Part shown: positions 20,128 to 30,137 of the stretch, one piece after another
Position numbering within the stretch: the stretch's first letter is position 1
How the letters are laid out: the number at the start of each line of letters is the position of its first letter
NCBI GenBank assembly: GCA_016432465.1
Contig: CP066690.1
Coordinates: 250,702-314,701 of the forward strand
Reading direction: 5' to 3'
Source: Candidatus Sungiibacteriota bacterium
Lineage (GTDB): Bacteria > Patescibacteriota > Minisyncoccia > Sungbacterales > HO2-52-23
Length of the DNA: 64,000 nt
Notes under the pieces: model-generated
What the model saw: the letters and a program-made list of their open reading frames with translations, nothing else
What the model was told of the DNA's origin: nothing
Databases searched by the model: none
Translations under genes and position numbers: made by a program

Positions 20128-20505
20128 TTAACGCTTCCTTTCCATCTCTCCCCAGGGATGGGGACGTTCCTTCGCATCAATGAGTTCTCTAAAGTGTTCG
20201 TGTCCTAGGCCAAAGTAATGCTCTAAACTTTTTCTCCCTTCAGGATTGGCAGAATGCACTCGTAACTCTGGATTTTCAGCAAATATTTCAGGGTGTGTTT
20301 CTGTTAACCATTTTGCTATCTCCCATCCTTCCATTTCTCCTTCGCCTAAGTCATTATCAAAACTCAAACCCTCAATTTTTTCTCCCTCTGCCAATGCCTT
20401 TTCTAGTACCCCCTGAAACTCTGTGAAATTCTTAACGCCAACCCAACCTTCGGGTTTCCAGTCTTTCCTTTCGGTTTCAACAAGATCATCTAAAAATATT
20501 TTCAT
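20128..20505 (-). CDS. cyclic-phosphate-processing receiver-like domain protein
   Basis: MKIFLDD...SFDNDLG...VHSANP motifs; start set at 20505. Confidence 0.78.
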   Translation of the reverse strand: MKIFLDDLVETERKDWKPEGWVGVKNFTEFQGVLEKALAEGEKIEGLSFDNDLGEGEMEGWEIAKWLTETHPEIFAENPELRVHSANPEGRKSLEHYFGLGHEHFRELIDAKERPHPWGEMERKR

Positions 20506-20534
20506 AGTTAAAATGCTTAACGAAGTTAAAGAGT

Positions 20535-20605
20535 TGCGGCCAGCGGTAATCGAAACCGCGTCTGTTCCTTGGCAAGGAACCGTTCTACCACTAAACCATG
20601 GCCGC
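20535..20605 (-). tRNA. tRNA-Gly(GCC)
   Basis: GTTCC-TTGCCAA-GGAAC anticodon arm, GCGGCCA/TGGCCGC acceptor. Confidence 0.92.
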
Positions 20606-20618
20606 AAATAATAATGTA

Positions 20619-20763
20619 TGCCGGAGGTCGGAATCGTCCCGCACAAATTGCTGCGCAATTTAACGGGGTTGCTGTTTGTTGCCAAAATTTTATCGCAGGT
20701 GCTCAAAATTTTGGACAAACAGGGAAAACTCCCGACGCCAGCCTCTTCGGGGCAGCACTCTAC
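20619..20763 (-). pseudogene. 3' remnant of a second tRNA-Phe(GAA) with a T-loop insertion
   Basis: Minus strand GTAGAGTG-CTGCC-CCGAAGA-GGCTG-GCGTCGGGAGTT[~90 nt]GATTCCGACCTCCGGCA, preceded by GGGGTGAA. Confidence 0.65.
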
Positions 20764-20787
20764 TTCACCCCGCCAAAATTTTTCTTG

Positions 20788-20859
20788 TGCCGGGTCCCAG
20801 AGTCGAACTGGGCACGCCTGCCTCTTCAGGGCAGCGCTCTACCGCTGAGCTAACCCGGC
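20788..20859 (-). tRNA. tRNA-Phe(GAA)
   Basis: CTGCC-CTGAAGA-GGCAG anticodon arm, GCCGGGT/ACCCGGC acceptor. Confidence 0.93.
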
Positions 20860-21018
20860 AAACAAAAACAACTTTAGTCTATACTAATTTTTTAATTACT
20901 TCAAACTTATGAAATAGTCTTGTATTAGCTACGGATACCTAAAAGAACATCCCATATTTACAAGAGTTAACTGTTGTGGTATATTATAATCAGCCGGACG
21001 GCACCAAGGAGGTGTTCT

Positions 21019-21840
21019 TTGAATAAGTTTTCTAGTCTTTCGCCGAACATAATATGGGTTGGAGAAGAGGTAGGAGATAGGGAAAAATGGAAAATGCCAG
21101 CAGATTGTTTTGAGAAAGAGCTTGGACCGCTCTTTACTCAAATCTATCCCCAACAACCAATTGGTTTTCTACGAGATAGCGGGTATGACCCAATTATCAT
21201 TGGCTACGTTCATGAAGACGCTAAGGCCCTAAACCTTGTCAAAAAGACCCTTGAGAAATTAAAAGCAGATCAGCCGCAGGGTACTGCAGCTGTAGAGATA
21301 CTTCCCGTGGAAGGGTTGGACTGTATCATGGCTTTTCATGGTGCCGCTAAAGAGTTCAGAGAGCGCGGAACAATTGAGGGGAAAATACCCAAAGAAGAAG
21401 TGATAGCGAGGTTAGAAACCTTCAGAGACCAGCTACTTCAAACCTGGGGCGCAGTGACGCTATGGCTTTTGGAAAACGGATTTCGGGTAATAAATATTGA
21501 GCACCCAAATGCGCTGGAATGGGTGCTTAAAAACAAAAATAATCCAAGATTGGTTACCAAAGAATTTGTAGGAATACCTTGGAGCGAGTTCCATCAGTTC
21601 TATACCACCATTCGGAGAGATATCTTCGGTTTGAGTATACTAAGAAGAGAAAGACCAGAAATTATATTTGTAGGTTTATCTCACGCCATTAAATACGATC
21701 TGCTGCTGGGGAGAAACGGCGAGAGAAGTTACTATTTTCTTGATTACCAATTCCTCCAACACTTACTACCCTCGGGAATGGAAACAATTCTTTTGTGGTT
21801 GAAGGCAGCCCATGAACTATATCTCAGAGAAGGTTGGTAA
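21019..21840 (+). CDS. hypothetical protein
   Basis: Long ORF; AAGGAGGT RBS before the TTG at 21019. Confidence 0.7.
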   Translation: MNKFSSLSPNIIWVGEEVGDREKWKMPADCFEKELGPLFTQIYPQQPIGFLRDSGYDPIIIGYVHEDAKALNLVKKTLEKLKADQPQGTAAVEILPVEGLDCIMAFHGAAKEFRERGTIEGKIPKEEVIARLETFRDQLLQTWGAVTLWLLENGFRVINIEHPNALEWVLKNKNNPRLVTKEFVGIPWSEFHQFYTTIRRDIFGLSILRRERPEIIFVGLSHAIKYDLLLGRNGERSYYFLDYQFLQHLLPSGMETILLWLKAAHELYLREGW

Positions 21841-22080
21841 TTCAAAAATTAACCGCGTGGTTCGCCACTGCGGTTTTTTGATTTAGTGATTTTTGGGATG
21901 ATTGTTTCTCCGAGTTCTTTGGCGGTATTCAATCCAAAAATCCAAAAAACTAATATCTAAAGAATAACTAATTTTTATGAAAATTGCAACGATTTCATTT
22001 ATATAAAAAGTACGAGCCCCGTGCAGAAACGTGTTCCGCAAAGGGCTCGTGATGGTGAAATGACGGGAACGCAGTCCCTA

Positions 22081-22344
22081 TCACATGAATAGATGGACAA
22101 CCCATCCGACAGCGATGGCGAGCACGGGCTTGATGACTTCGTAAATGAGAAGTTCCTTTGCTTCATCCTTGTCCCGGGGAATGTGCTGTTGCGTCAGGAA
22201 ACTGATGACGATCCCGACGCCAATGGCCTGCACCAATGAGATCACTGGAAGGCCGAGTGTAGGAACCATGAACCATCCCCACAACAGCTTCAGCGCCACA
22301 CCGCTCAGCAGGTACGCCACGATGGCGTTAAGGGCAATCACCAT
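22081..22344 (-). CDS. small membrane protein
   Basis: GAGGAGGT RBS; three hydrophobic segments, LWGWFMVPTLGLPVIS. Confidence 0.7.
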   Translation of the reverse strand: MVIALNAIVAYLLSGVALKLLWGWFMVPTLGLPVISLVQAIGVGIVISFLTQQHIPRDKDEAKELLIYEVIKPVLAIAVGWVVHLFM

Positions 22345-22602
22345 CTTGCACCTCCTCAAGGTACTGTATTCTCTACGGCACAATTACCGCAGAGATTACC
22401 GGTTTTTCAGGAGTCCGATAATGCTTTTAGTATAGCATATTAGGAGCTATAAGTCAAGCAAACAAAAAAATCAGCATTTCTGCTGTTTCTTGGCCTAAAT
22501 CTTATAAATTCTATGATTAAAAGTTTTTCTTTTCTTCTTTCAAAATCGCCAATTCGTTTTTCTTGTCCGCCAAAGGCGGATCTGCCTTTGGCATGAGGCG
22601 GC

Positions 22603-23574
22603 TTAATTAGTTCTTTGCCAACTTTCGCCAGCGTTTGAACTTCGATAGATTATACCATCTTCACTAGAAACAGTAAGTTCTTCAGAATTTTTAGAATTGA
22701 TGGCAATAGCAGTAATCTTGATACCATTAAGACCGTCGAGTTTTTTCCAGTTTTGTCCAGCATCAGTTGTTTTCCAAGCCCCAGCTTGCGTGCCCGCATA
22801 CATAATAGTTAAATCTTTATGAAGAGTGGCGAGCGTATAAACTGTTGTGTTGTCAAAAACATTCGTTGTTTTTGTCCAGCCGCAAAAACAACTAAAAGAT
22901 TGGGAAACGCCGTCAGCCGTTCCCGCCAAGAGGAGACCCCAATTATCCCAGCCCATAGATTTATCCATCGAAGTTTGTACCGCCATGTATACAAACGACC
23001 TTACCCCGGGATTCTCTGGTCCGTCATCCATACGCTTCCACGAAACGCCGCCGTCTTTACTTTTGAACACCCCATTATCAACAGAGTAGGCAAAAAGTAA
23101 ATCGGGATTACGTTGATTAACCGTCAAGCCATGAATATCCGTACCCTTTATTCCCTCATCAGAACGCATCCAGGTAATACCATCGTCAATACTTTTTATG
23201 ACACCTAAATCATGCCCACCGGCAAAAATTGTTTTCTGGTTTCGGGGGTCAACCACAATACTCATCCAATCATCAGCGTTGATACTTCCTTTTACCGAAA
23301 CCTTTTGCCAAGTTTTGCCGTCATTGTTGCTCTTGAATAGTCCGCCATGTGTTCCTAAAAGTAGATTTCCCCTTGAGTCATAGGTAATGGCATGGATATG
23401 TTGAGCCACGGGTATTACAGAATTACTAGAACCACTTTTATCACTATGAGACATTACGGTTTTCTTGGCCGAAATATCCCCTAGAGTATTGGTAGACTTA
23501 TTACTTATTCCCAAAAAATAACCAACGGCTATGGCACCAATAATAAAAACCGGAATTAATAGTTTATTATTCAT
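22603..23574 (-). CDS. BNR/Asp-box (YCF48/VPS10-like) beta-propeller protein
   Basis: Repeated S/T-x-D/N-x-G-x-T/S-W Asp boxes; N-terminal anchor from MNNKLL. Confidence 0.85.
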   Translation of the reverse strand: MNNKLLIPVFIIGAIAVGYFLGISNKSTNTLGDISAKKTVMSHSDKSGSSNSVIPVAQHIHAITYDSRGNLLLGTHGGLFKSNNDGKTWQKVSVKGSINADDWMSIVVDPRNQKTIFAGGHDLGVIKSIDDGITWMRSDEGIKGTDIHGLTVNQRNPDLLFAYSVDNGVFKSKDGGVSWKRMDDGPENPGVRSFVYMAVQTSMDKSMGWDNWGLLLAGTADGVSQSFSCFCGWTKTTNVFDNTTVYTLATLHKDLTIMYAGTQAGAWKTTDAGQNWKKLDGLNGIKITAIAINSKNSEELTVSSEDGIIYRSSNAGESWQRTN

Positions 23575-23614
23575 AAAATTGCGATTAGGGGTTTTTCTTT
23601 TATTCTTTCCGTAC

Positions 23615-23880
23615 TGGTGCGCGGGAGAGGACTTGCCTACAATTCTCGCCGGCTTCCGCCGGCTCGGTCGCAGGCCGCCCCTCGCGGTTTTGCTCGCCAA
23701 CTGCTCGCAAAACATCCCTGCGGTCTTCAAATTCTCACGCAACGCACGCAGGTGCGTTGCTTCCCTGCTCATTCGCTTCGCTCATTGCGCGGGAGAGGAT
23801 TTGAACCCCGCACTAAAATTTGCACCGGCTCCACCGAAAACAAAAGTGCAAATTTAGTGGCGGGGCATACCTCCACGCCT
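23615..23880 (-). pseudogene. two 3' fragments of another tRNA (Leu-like) separated by hairpin inserts
   Basis: TCCTCTCCCGCGCA(CCA) repeated at 23615-23635 and 23786-23807; hairpin inserted at the T loop. Confidence 0.55.
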
Positions 23881-23883
23881 TAA

Positions 23884-23968
23884 TGCCCAGGGCGGGATTT
23901 GAACCCGCACGGCCTTACGGCCACTAGGCCCTCAACCTAGATCGTCTACCAAGTTCCGACACCTGGGC
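23884..23968 (-). tRNA. tRNA-Leu(GAG)
   Basis: CTAGG-TTGAGGG-CCTAG anticodon arm, variable arm, GGTTCAAATCC. Confidence 0.93.
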
Positions 23969-23972
23969 AAAA

Positions 23973-24389
23973 TTATTGAGGCCCAACCTCCGTGGACGAT
24001 GCCGCTTCTTCCGGGGTCGCCACGGCCTCTGTTTCTTTTTCCTTCCAAATCTGGCCCATTTTCCTGCGCACCTCGCGCGCTGCTTTCTCGCGGATATAAT
24101 ATAGTTTTGCCCGCCGCACTTTGGAACGACGCAAAACTTCAATCTTAGAGATGGTTGGCGCATGAACCGGGAAAACCCTCTCCACGCCAATGCCGTCCAC
24201 CACCTTGCGGACGGTAAAAGTTGCCGTAATTCCGCGGCCATGTTTTTTAGCGATCACCAAACCCTCAAAAGACGTCAGACGCTCTTTATCTCCTTCTTTG
24301 ATTTTTTGAACCACACGCACGGTATCGCCCGAGCGGATTTCGGGAAGATCAGAACGAAGATAAGTTTTTTCAATTGCAGTCGTGCTCAT
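23973..24389 (-). CDS. rplS: 50S ribosomal protein L19
   Basis: [15 protein letters not shown]...FEGLVI...[15 protein letters not shown]...KVRRAKLYY. Confidence 0.96.
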   Translation of the reverse strand: MSTTAIEKTYLRSDLPEIRSGDTVRVVQKIKEGDKERLTSFEGLVIAKKHGRGITATFTVRKVVDGIGVERVFPVHAPTISKIEVLRRSKVRRAKLYYIREKAAREVRRKMGQIWKEKETEAVATPEEAASSTEVGPQ

Positions 24390-24402
24390 ACGGCACATGA
24401 TA

Positions 24403-25140
24403 TCAAAAAACCCGGCGCAACGCAACGGTAAAATCTTGCGGTACGTCTGCTTCAAAATGTAATCTTCGCCCTTCGGGAAAACTAAAGGAGAGAGATCGCG
24501 CATGCAGCATCTGGCGATCCGCCCCATCCGGACAACAAACATTTTTACCCCCGTAAATTTTATCGCAGACCACAGGATGACCAATGGCTTTTAAATGCAC
24601 TCGCAACTGGTGCATACGGCCGGTCTTGGGACTCAACTCCACTAACGAATAATGCTTTCCAAATTTTAAAACCTTATACTCTGTAACCGCCTCTCGCGCC
24701 CCACGTATTTTTCTTTTATTCTCCTCTACTCCACGCTTCAGGGGATTTTTTATTACACGGCCAATAGGCAAAGAAATTACTCCCCGTCTTTCTTTGGGTC
24801 GTCCGCAAACAATGGCCCAATAAAGCTTTTCAACCAGTCGCTTCTGAAAAAGTTCCTTAAGTTTTTCAAAACTTTTCTGATTTCGCGAAACGACCATAAC
24901 GCCGGAAGTATCCTTATCCAAACGGTGCACGATACCGGGACGCATTTTGGGATCGTCGCCTACTGCTTTAACTTCGGGGAATTTCTCCAACAAAAAATCG
25001 ACCACCGTAGGGCCGGATACAGAACTACCGGGGTGAACTGAAATTCCCGGTGGCTTATTTAAGACGATGACGTCCTTATCCAAATAAATTGTCTGTATCT
25101 GCACATTACTTAGTCCTGCTGAAGTAATTTTCTTTGACAA
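24403..25140 (-). CDS. RluA family pseudouridine synthase
   Basis: [32 protein letters not shown]; true start is probably slightly downstream. Confidence 0.93.
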   Translation of the reverse strand: MSKKITSAGLSNVQIQTIYLDKDVIVLNKPPGISVHPGSSVSGPTVVDFLLEKFPEVKAVGDDPKMRPGIVHRLDKDTSGVMVVSRNQKSFEKLKELFQKRLVEKLYWAIVCGRPKERRGVISLPIGRVIKNPLKRGVEENKRKIRGAREAVTEYKVLKFGKHYSLVELSPKTGRMHQLRVHLKAIGHPVVCDKIYGGKNVCCPDGADRQMLHARSLSFSFPEGRRLHFEADVPQDFTVALRRVF

Positions 25141-25477
25141 GGATAAACCGAAGTACTCCTTGGGTTAACTGACGTATAACAAGCGCCAATAATACAACCA
25201 CCCCAACACCCAAAACTTTGGCCGCCACTGTTGCATGCGTAAAGGCGGAGGTTAAAAAGACGAAGATCTCAGTGGGATTGGTAAAAAATACCCTAAGTGC
25301 GTTCTCTAAAATTCTCTGTACAAAGACAAACCGGCCCAGATAGTAAAGCAGGAGGGAAAAGACGACAATCTCAGCGACGAGCACTGGTAAAAACTTTCGC
25401 AGCAGCCAGACGCGATAAATTTTTTGTACGACCTGTCCCCGAAAATTAGGCGGGGCCGCAAATGGTGTTCCGTTCAT
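25106..25477 (-). CDS. membrane protein downstream of ECF sigma (possible anti-sigma)
   Basis: Two TM segments; 3 bp from the sigma gene. Confidence 0.65.
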   Translation of the reverse strand: MNGTPFAAPPNFRGQVVQKIYRVWLLRKFLPVLVAEIVVFSLLLYYLGRFVFVQRILENALRVFFTNPTEIFVFLTSAFTHATVAAKVLGVGVVVLLALVIRQLTQGVLRFILVKENYFSRTK

Positions 25478-25480
25478 GGT

Positions 25481-26074
25481 TTAGTTTGGATTATCTTTTA
25501 ATCTTTTAAAAAGTTTTTTGGCCCTGAAAAGCCGCATTTTCAAGGTTGGTATAGAAATCTTTTCCTCTTGGGCTATGGTTTTATAAGATTTATCCTGCAG
25601 ATAGTAACTTGCCAGAACCGTGCGAAGGTGCTCGGGCATTTTATTTAGAACGCTCGCAACCACGGCCTTGGCATCAACGGCAAAAGATAATCGCGTATCA
25701 GCCGGTTCCGTATCTCCAATATCCTGAAAAAGAGCCGGATCTTCAACCAAAAATTCTCCCCGTTTAAGCTTCCGATAATGGGTAATGGCGGTATTGATCG
25801 TCACCTTGTAAGCCCAGGACTTAAACTCAATTCCCTCCAGTTTCTCAAATTTATCCGCGTTTTTATACATTTTTACAAATGCCTCCTGCACGATATCTTC
25901 AGCCTCTTCCCGGCCCCTTACCACACGCCAAGCCGCTCGCATCAACGGCTCCTGATATTTCTCTACAAGTATTTCAAAAACAGCCGGCTCTTTCTGCGCC
26001 ATCCGCAAAATTTCTTCATCCTTCAGCTCCTCAATCCCCTCGCCGGAATCTTCTTGGAGATACGATTTTGCCAT
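25481..26074 (-). CDS. ECF (sigma-24 family) RNA polymerase sigma factor
   Basis: AEDIVQEAFVK, FKSWAYKV.IN, SYKTIA...TLKMRLFRAK. Confidence 0.92.
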   Translation of the reverse strand: MAKSYLQEDSGEGIEELKDEEILRMAQKEPAVFEILVEKYQEPLMRAAWRVVRGREEAEDIVQEAFVKMYKNADKFEKLEGIEFKSWAYKVTINTAITHYRKLKRGEFLVEDPALFQDIGDTEPADTRLSFAVDAKAVVASVLNKMPEHLRTVLASYYLQDKSYKTIAQEEKISIPTLKMRLFRAKKLFKRLKDNPN

Positions 26075-26216
26075 GCACTAAAAAAGACCTCCTACATATA
26101 TTAATAACCCCTGTCATAACATAGAAAGTCTCATCAGCCACCGTACAACATACAAAAAAAATACGCAATATTGACAAAATCTAATTAAATTGCGGAACAA
26201 AACACTTCCTATTCTT

Positions 26217-27395
26217 TTAACTGTATCTCTTAGCGACAATATTGTAGGCCTCCCTAAAGGGGACCCCTTTTCTGACTAACCCATACACTTCTTTTGTGGC
26301 AAAAACATCTTGCGTCAAAGCTTTTTCACAATTTTCTCTGCTAACTTTCAGCTCTTTAAATAACAAAGCCATTACGCTTAAGCTTTCAGTTACCGCTTCT
26401 AACCCCTCCATTACCGGCTTTTTGGTTAGCTGCAAATCTCGGTGGTAACCCGAAATTAAATTTCCTATTATGCTTTTAACCTGAAACTCATAGGACGTCA
26501 CAACATGATATTTGGCCCGCAAAAGCTCCAAAAGGTCAGGATTTTTCTTCTGCGGCATAATGGAGCTGCCGGTACAAAATTCTTTCGGCAGTTCAAAATA
26601 ACCAAACTCGGGCATACTAAAGATTATCAGGTCGGAAGCGATTTTATTAAGGTCAAGCATAACTTGGCCAAGCGCGTGAAGAAATGTTGCCTCAAATTTC
26701 CCCCTACTGTTCTGGGTATAAATAGGGTTTTTCTGGACTGTTTCAAAACCCAAAAGTTCCGCAGAATATTTTCTGTCAATTCTTAACGGCACGCCATAGC
26801 CCGCGCCCGTCCCAAGCGGCGACTGATCAATCAACCGTAACGCCAAATCAACTAACTTGATATTGTCTCCCATGGAATCAATAAAGGCATTTCCCCAAAG
26901 ACTTATGGAAGACGGCATGGCTTTTCTGGTATGCGTATACCCCGGCAATTTTATTTTGCCGTACTTTTTAGTAAATTTTTTTACGGCAGTAACTAATTCG
27001 TTCGTTAACCCCTTACAATTATTTAACCTGTCTTTGTAATATAACCGCAGAGTAGTAAGTATCTGGTCATTTCTTGAACGAGCGGTGTGGATTTTCTTTC
27101 CCAAGTCGCCCAATTTATGAACTAAGCGGTTTTCAATCGCGGTATGACAGTCCTCCTGTTCTTTCAAAATTTTAAACCTTCCTCTTTGGTCTAACTTTAT
27201 AATACTCTTTAGTTCCTCAACCAACTTCTGCACTTCTTTGGTTTTTAAAAGACCGACTTTCCCAAGCATTTTTGCGTGAGCAATAGAAACCAAACAGTCG
27301 TAGTAAACTAATTTTTGGTCCAGCAGATAATCGTCGCCAACGGTAAAATTTTCTATTTGCTTGTTCAATTTGTATCCCTTTTCCCAAAGTTTCAT
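26217..27395 (-). CDS. argH: argininosuccinate lyase
   Basis: HTARSRNDQ, PGYTH, TGSSIMPQKKNPD, GVPFREAY. Confidence 0.94.
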   Translation of the reverse strand: MKLWEKGYKLNKQIENFTVGDDYLLDQKLVYYDCLVSIAHAKMLGKVGLLKTKEVQKLVEELKSIIKLDQRGRFKILKEQEDCHTAIENRLVHKLGDLGKKIHTARSRNDQILTTLRLYYKDRLNNCKGLTNELVTAVKKFTKKYGKIKLPGYTHTRKAMPSSISLWGNAFIDSMGDNIKLVDLALRLIDQSPLGTGAGYGVPLRIDRKYSAELLGFETVQKNPIYTQNSRGKFEATFLHALGQVMLDLNKIASDLIIFSMPEFGYFELPKEFCTGSSIMPQKKNPDLLELLRAKYHVVTSYEFQVKSIIGNLISGYHRDLQLTKKPVMEGLEAVTESLSVMALLFKELKVSRENCEKALTQDVFATKEVYGLVRKGVPFREAYNIVAKRYS

Positions 27396-27534
27396 AAATT
27401 TATGATATTAAGCCGTGGGGCAATACAGTTACTTTGACTCGATGGAGAATGTCTGGACAGGTGGCAAACTTTTATGAGGGGGTTGTATGAAGTGATGTTG
27501 ATTCTTAATCTTTCTTCAGCAGAAACCTTCTTCT

Positions 27535-28716
27535 CTAGATCAACCATTCCCACTGGATTCTCCAATCCTTTCTAGGAAACATATTGAGATTGGAGGCTAT
27601 TTTGGTATCCCTTGGGGAATCAAATTTGATACTCATTGAGAACCGATTGGCTTTCTTATACTTCTGATTTTTTCCGAGAGATAGTCTCATAATGAATGCA
27701 AATGCAATGTCTTCGAGCAAGGGCAATTTATTTCGAATCTGGTGTAACTCGTCACGATCAATAAGATTGAAGTTTCCATGTGCCAAATCATTTCGGAGAC
27801 GATAAATTGACTTTCCCTCACTACTGTCGAAAAAGCCTTTGGTAAATTCATGATCTTCACCAAAGACTTTCGCTAACGCCAGCTCCGTTTTAGCCCGTAG
27901 ACTTCTAATGCATTGAGAATAGGAGCCAGTTACAAAACCAGATGGATCAGCTTGATATAGCGCATCGTGCAACCTTCGAATGCATTCAGCGGTACATTGT
28001 TTTCTCTCACTTGCACTCGGAACCTCAATACCGAATTCCTTGCTAGCGTCCAACATTCCGTCAACGAAGACAATGGCGAGGCTCTCAACCGCAATGTAGT
28101 AATTCATGAATTGCGTAGATTCATTCGTAGCGCTTCTTCCTGTTGTGTACCAGCTTATTGCTGTATCAATAAAAGCAGCGTCAGCAGTTTTGAGCCCAAG
28201 CATGTATTGTCTAAGCTCTTCAAAGTCTTCATCAGATAAATCGCTTTTTCCGTGTCCAGCACCATACACGTCATATTTCTGAAACCAAATAGCTTTTGCC
28301 CTTATGCGAAAGGCCATTCGATTCACCAGTACACCAATCACATCCAGAGCATCTCTTATTGTTTCAATCTCATGGTCTAGCAGGTATGCAGTACCATCAT
28401 ATACTACAGTATTGTAACCATGACTATTTGGTGGAACGGGCATCGCGATCTTGTGAAGTTCGATTTTCAGCTTTCCGACGGTTGTAGTGATGAAGTCGTT
28501 TGGGATTTCAAAATTAGTTACGACGACAAATTCTATAACTTGATGAGATGTAATGGCTATATAAAAGAGGCATCCATCAATACGCTTATCCTTTTCGTTC
28601 TTACATAGCTCTCTTACCTCTCTTTGTATGGGACTTGAATCCCCAACGTAAATAAGCGGCTTCCATTCACCAATGGTATTATACCTGCCGTCTATCGGCT
28701 TAAAATTAAGTAACAT
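27535..28716 (-). CDS. HEPN-domain (Apea-like) hypothetical protein
   Basis: YIAVESL helix followed by RNDLAHG (Rx4H); directly downstream of tRNA-Ala. Confidence 0.7.
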   Translation of the reverse strand: MLLNFKPIDGRYNTIGEWKPLIYVGDSSPIQREVRELCKNEKDKRIDGCLFYIAITSHQVIEFVVVTNFEIPNDFITTTVGKLKIELHKIAMPVPPNSHGYNTVVYDGTAYLLDHEIETIRDALDVIGVLVNRMAFRIRAKAIWFQKYDVYGAGHGKSDLSDEDFEELRQYMLGLKTADAAFIDTAISWYTTGRSATNESTQFMNYYIAVESLAIVFVDGMLDASKEFGIEVPSASERKQCTAECIRRLHDALYQADPSGFVTGSYSQCIRSLRAKTELALAKVFGEDHEFTKGFFDSSEGKSIYRLRNDLAHGNFNLIDRDELHQIRNKLPLLEDIAFAFIMRLSLGKNQKYKKANRFSMSIKFDSPRDTKIASNLNMFPRKDWRIQWEWLI

Positions 28717-28762
28717 AGCTAAAAACGAAACAAGTTAATATACGATGGCACAAGTTGATATA

Positions 28763-28833
28763 TGGACCTAGCGAGAATCGAACTCGCGACTAGTCGATGC
28801 CATCGACTTATTTTACCACTAAACTATAGGCCC
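28763..28833 (-). tRNA. tRNA-Ala(GGC)
   Basis: AGTCG-ATGGCAT-CGACT anticodon arm; G3:U70 in GGGCCTA/TAGGTCC. Confidence 0.9.
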
Positions 28834-28862
28834 TTTAATTTTTTGATTATATTTTTAATTTT

Positions 28863-28934
28863 TGCCCCCACCAGGAATCGGACCTGGATCTAGAGCTTAG
28901 GAGTCTCTCGTTCTTTCCATTGAACTATGGGGGC
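28863..28934 (-). tRNA. tRNA-Arg(CCT)
   Basis: GCCCCCA/TGGGGGC acceptor, CTCCTAA anticodon loop, GGTCCGATTCC T arm. Confidence 0.88.
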
Positions 28935-28944
28935 ATGTTCTGTC

Positions 28945-29019
28945 CGCTCCGACGCCCTGCGGGGTCGGAGCCCCGACCTCCGACGTAAAACCGGAGCGTC
29001 GGGGTTGAACTATGGGGGC
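28945..29019 (-). repeat. CCCGAC double-hairpin repeat preceded by a 15-bp duplicate of the tRNA-Arg 5' end
   Basis: TTGAACTATGGGGGC at 28920-28934 and 29005-29019; hairpin similar to 3298-3330 and 4659-4716. Confidence 0.75.
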
Positions 29020-29057
29020 TCTTGCTTATACTTTCTCAAGCATGTTACCATAATTTT

Positions 29058-30131
29058 ATGGCTTCCTCAAACTACGAAGAACAAATTATAGGAACAACTA
29101 AAAAAGTAATGCCGGCGGTGGTGAGTATTATGGTGGGAAAGGATTACGAAGAACTGCTAAAAGAGCATCCGTATGAACTTATGGTGCCGCACGGCGACCA
29201 CCTTGACCTTCCTCCTCCCGAGGAAGAACTGCCCCACACCCAAGGCGGCAAAATACGGATAGGCGGAGGTTCAGGATTTCTTGTTGACTCTTCCGGCCTT
29301 ATTGTTACCAACAAACACGTTGTTCAGGACAAAAACGCGGAATATCTCATAACTGTTGACCGTGAAGGAGACGAGGATGAAACATTCACGGCCAAGGTTC
29401 TCGCGCGCGACCCCTTAAATGATGTTGCCATTTTAAAAATTGAAGGCAAGAATCTTCCAACTATTCCCTTGGGGGATTCCGGAAAAATCCAACTGGGACA
29501 GACAGTACTCGCGGTGGGAACTGCCTTGGGAGAATTCCAAAACACAGTTTCGGCGGGGATTGTTTCCGGTCTTTCGCGATTTATCACTGCCATCACAGAC
29601 ATGGAAGGACACTCACAGCGTCTCGGCGGTCTAATACAGACCGATGCGGCCATTAACCCCGGAAACTCGGGAGGGCCGCTCGTAAATCTTCAGAGCGAAG
29701 CAATAGGTATTAACGCCGCCGTAGTTTTTGGCGCGCAAAATATCGGCTTTGCAATACCTATAAACAAGGCCCGACGCGACTTAGAAGAATTAAAAAAATA
29801 CGGCAGGATACGCCGACCGTTTCTTGGTATACGTTATATCTTATTAAACCCTGCTATACAAAAACGCTTCCGCCTTCCGGTAGCGCAGGGCGCGCTGGTT
29901 CTGCGGGAAGGTATGCCGGGTAAACCGGCTGTTGTCCTCGGCTCCTCGGCCCACAAAGCCGGCATTCAGGAAAAAGACGTTTTATTGGAAATAAACGAAA
30001 CCGCTATAGGAGAAAAGAAGGGGGTGGAAGAAATACTGGAAAATCTTGAGCTTGGTAAAAAAATTCCCGTAAAAATACTGCGGGATGGGAAAGAAGAACT
30101 ACTTACGCTTGTTACGGAAGAAAATCTTTAA
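29058..30131 (+). CDS. HtrA/DegP-like serine protease with PDZ domain
   Basis: GSGF, TNKHVV, QTDAAINPGNSGGPL, C-terminal PDZ. Confidence 0.94.
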   Translation: MASSNYEEQIIGTTKKVMPAVVSIMVGKDYEELLKEHPYELMVPHGDHLDLPPPEEELPHTQGGKIRIGGGSGFLVDSSGLIVTNKHVVQDKNAEYLITVDREGDEDETFTAKVLARDPLNDVAILKIEGKNLPTIPLGDSGKIQLGQTVLAVGTALGEFQNTVSAGIVSGLSRFITAITDMEGHSQRLGGLIQTDAAINPGNSGGPLVNLQSEAIGINAAVVFGAQNIGFAIPINKARRDLEELKKYGRIRRPFLGIRYILLNPAIQKRFRLPVAQGALVLREGMPGKPAVVLGSSAHKAGIQEKDVLLEINETAIGEKKGVEEILENLELGKKIPVKILRDGKEELLTLVTEENL

Positions 30132-30137
30132 TACCGG

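Noticed and set aside
20506-20912. ORFs and extensions overlapping tRNA-Gly and tRNA-Phe
   Set aside because: Read-through of tRNA sequence; the receiver-like protein starts at 20505
23575-23883. Extended N-terminus of the BNR protein and the + strand ORFs
   Set aside because: GC-rich repeats and tRNA fragments without coding character
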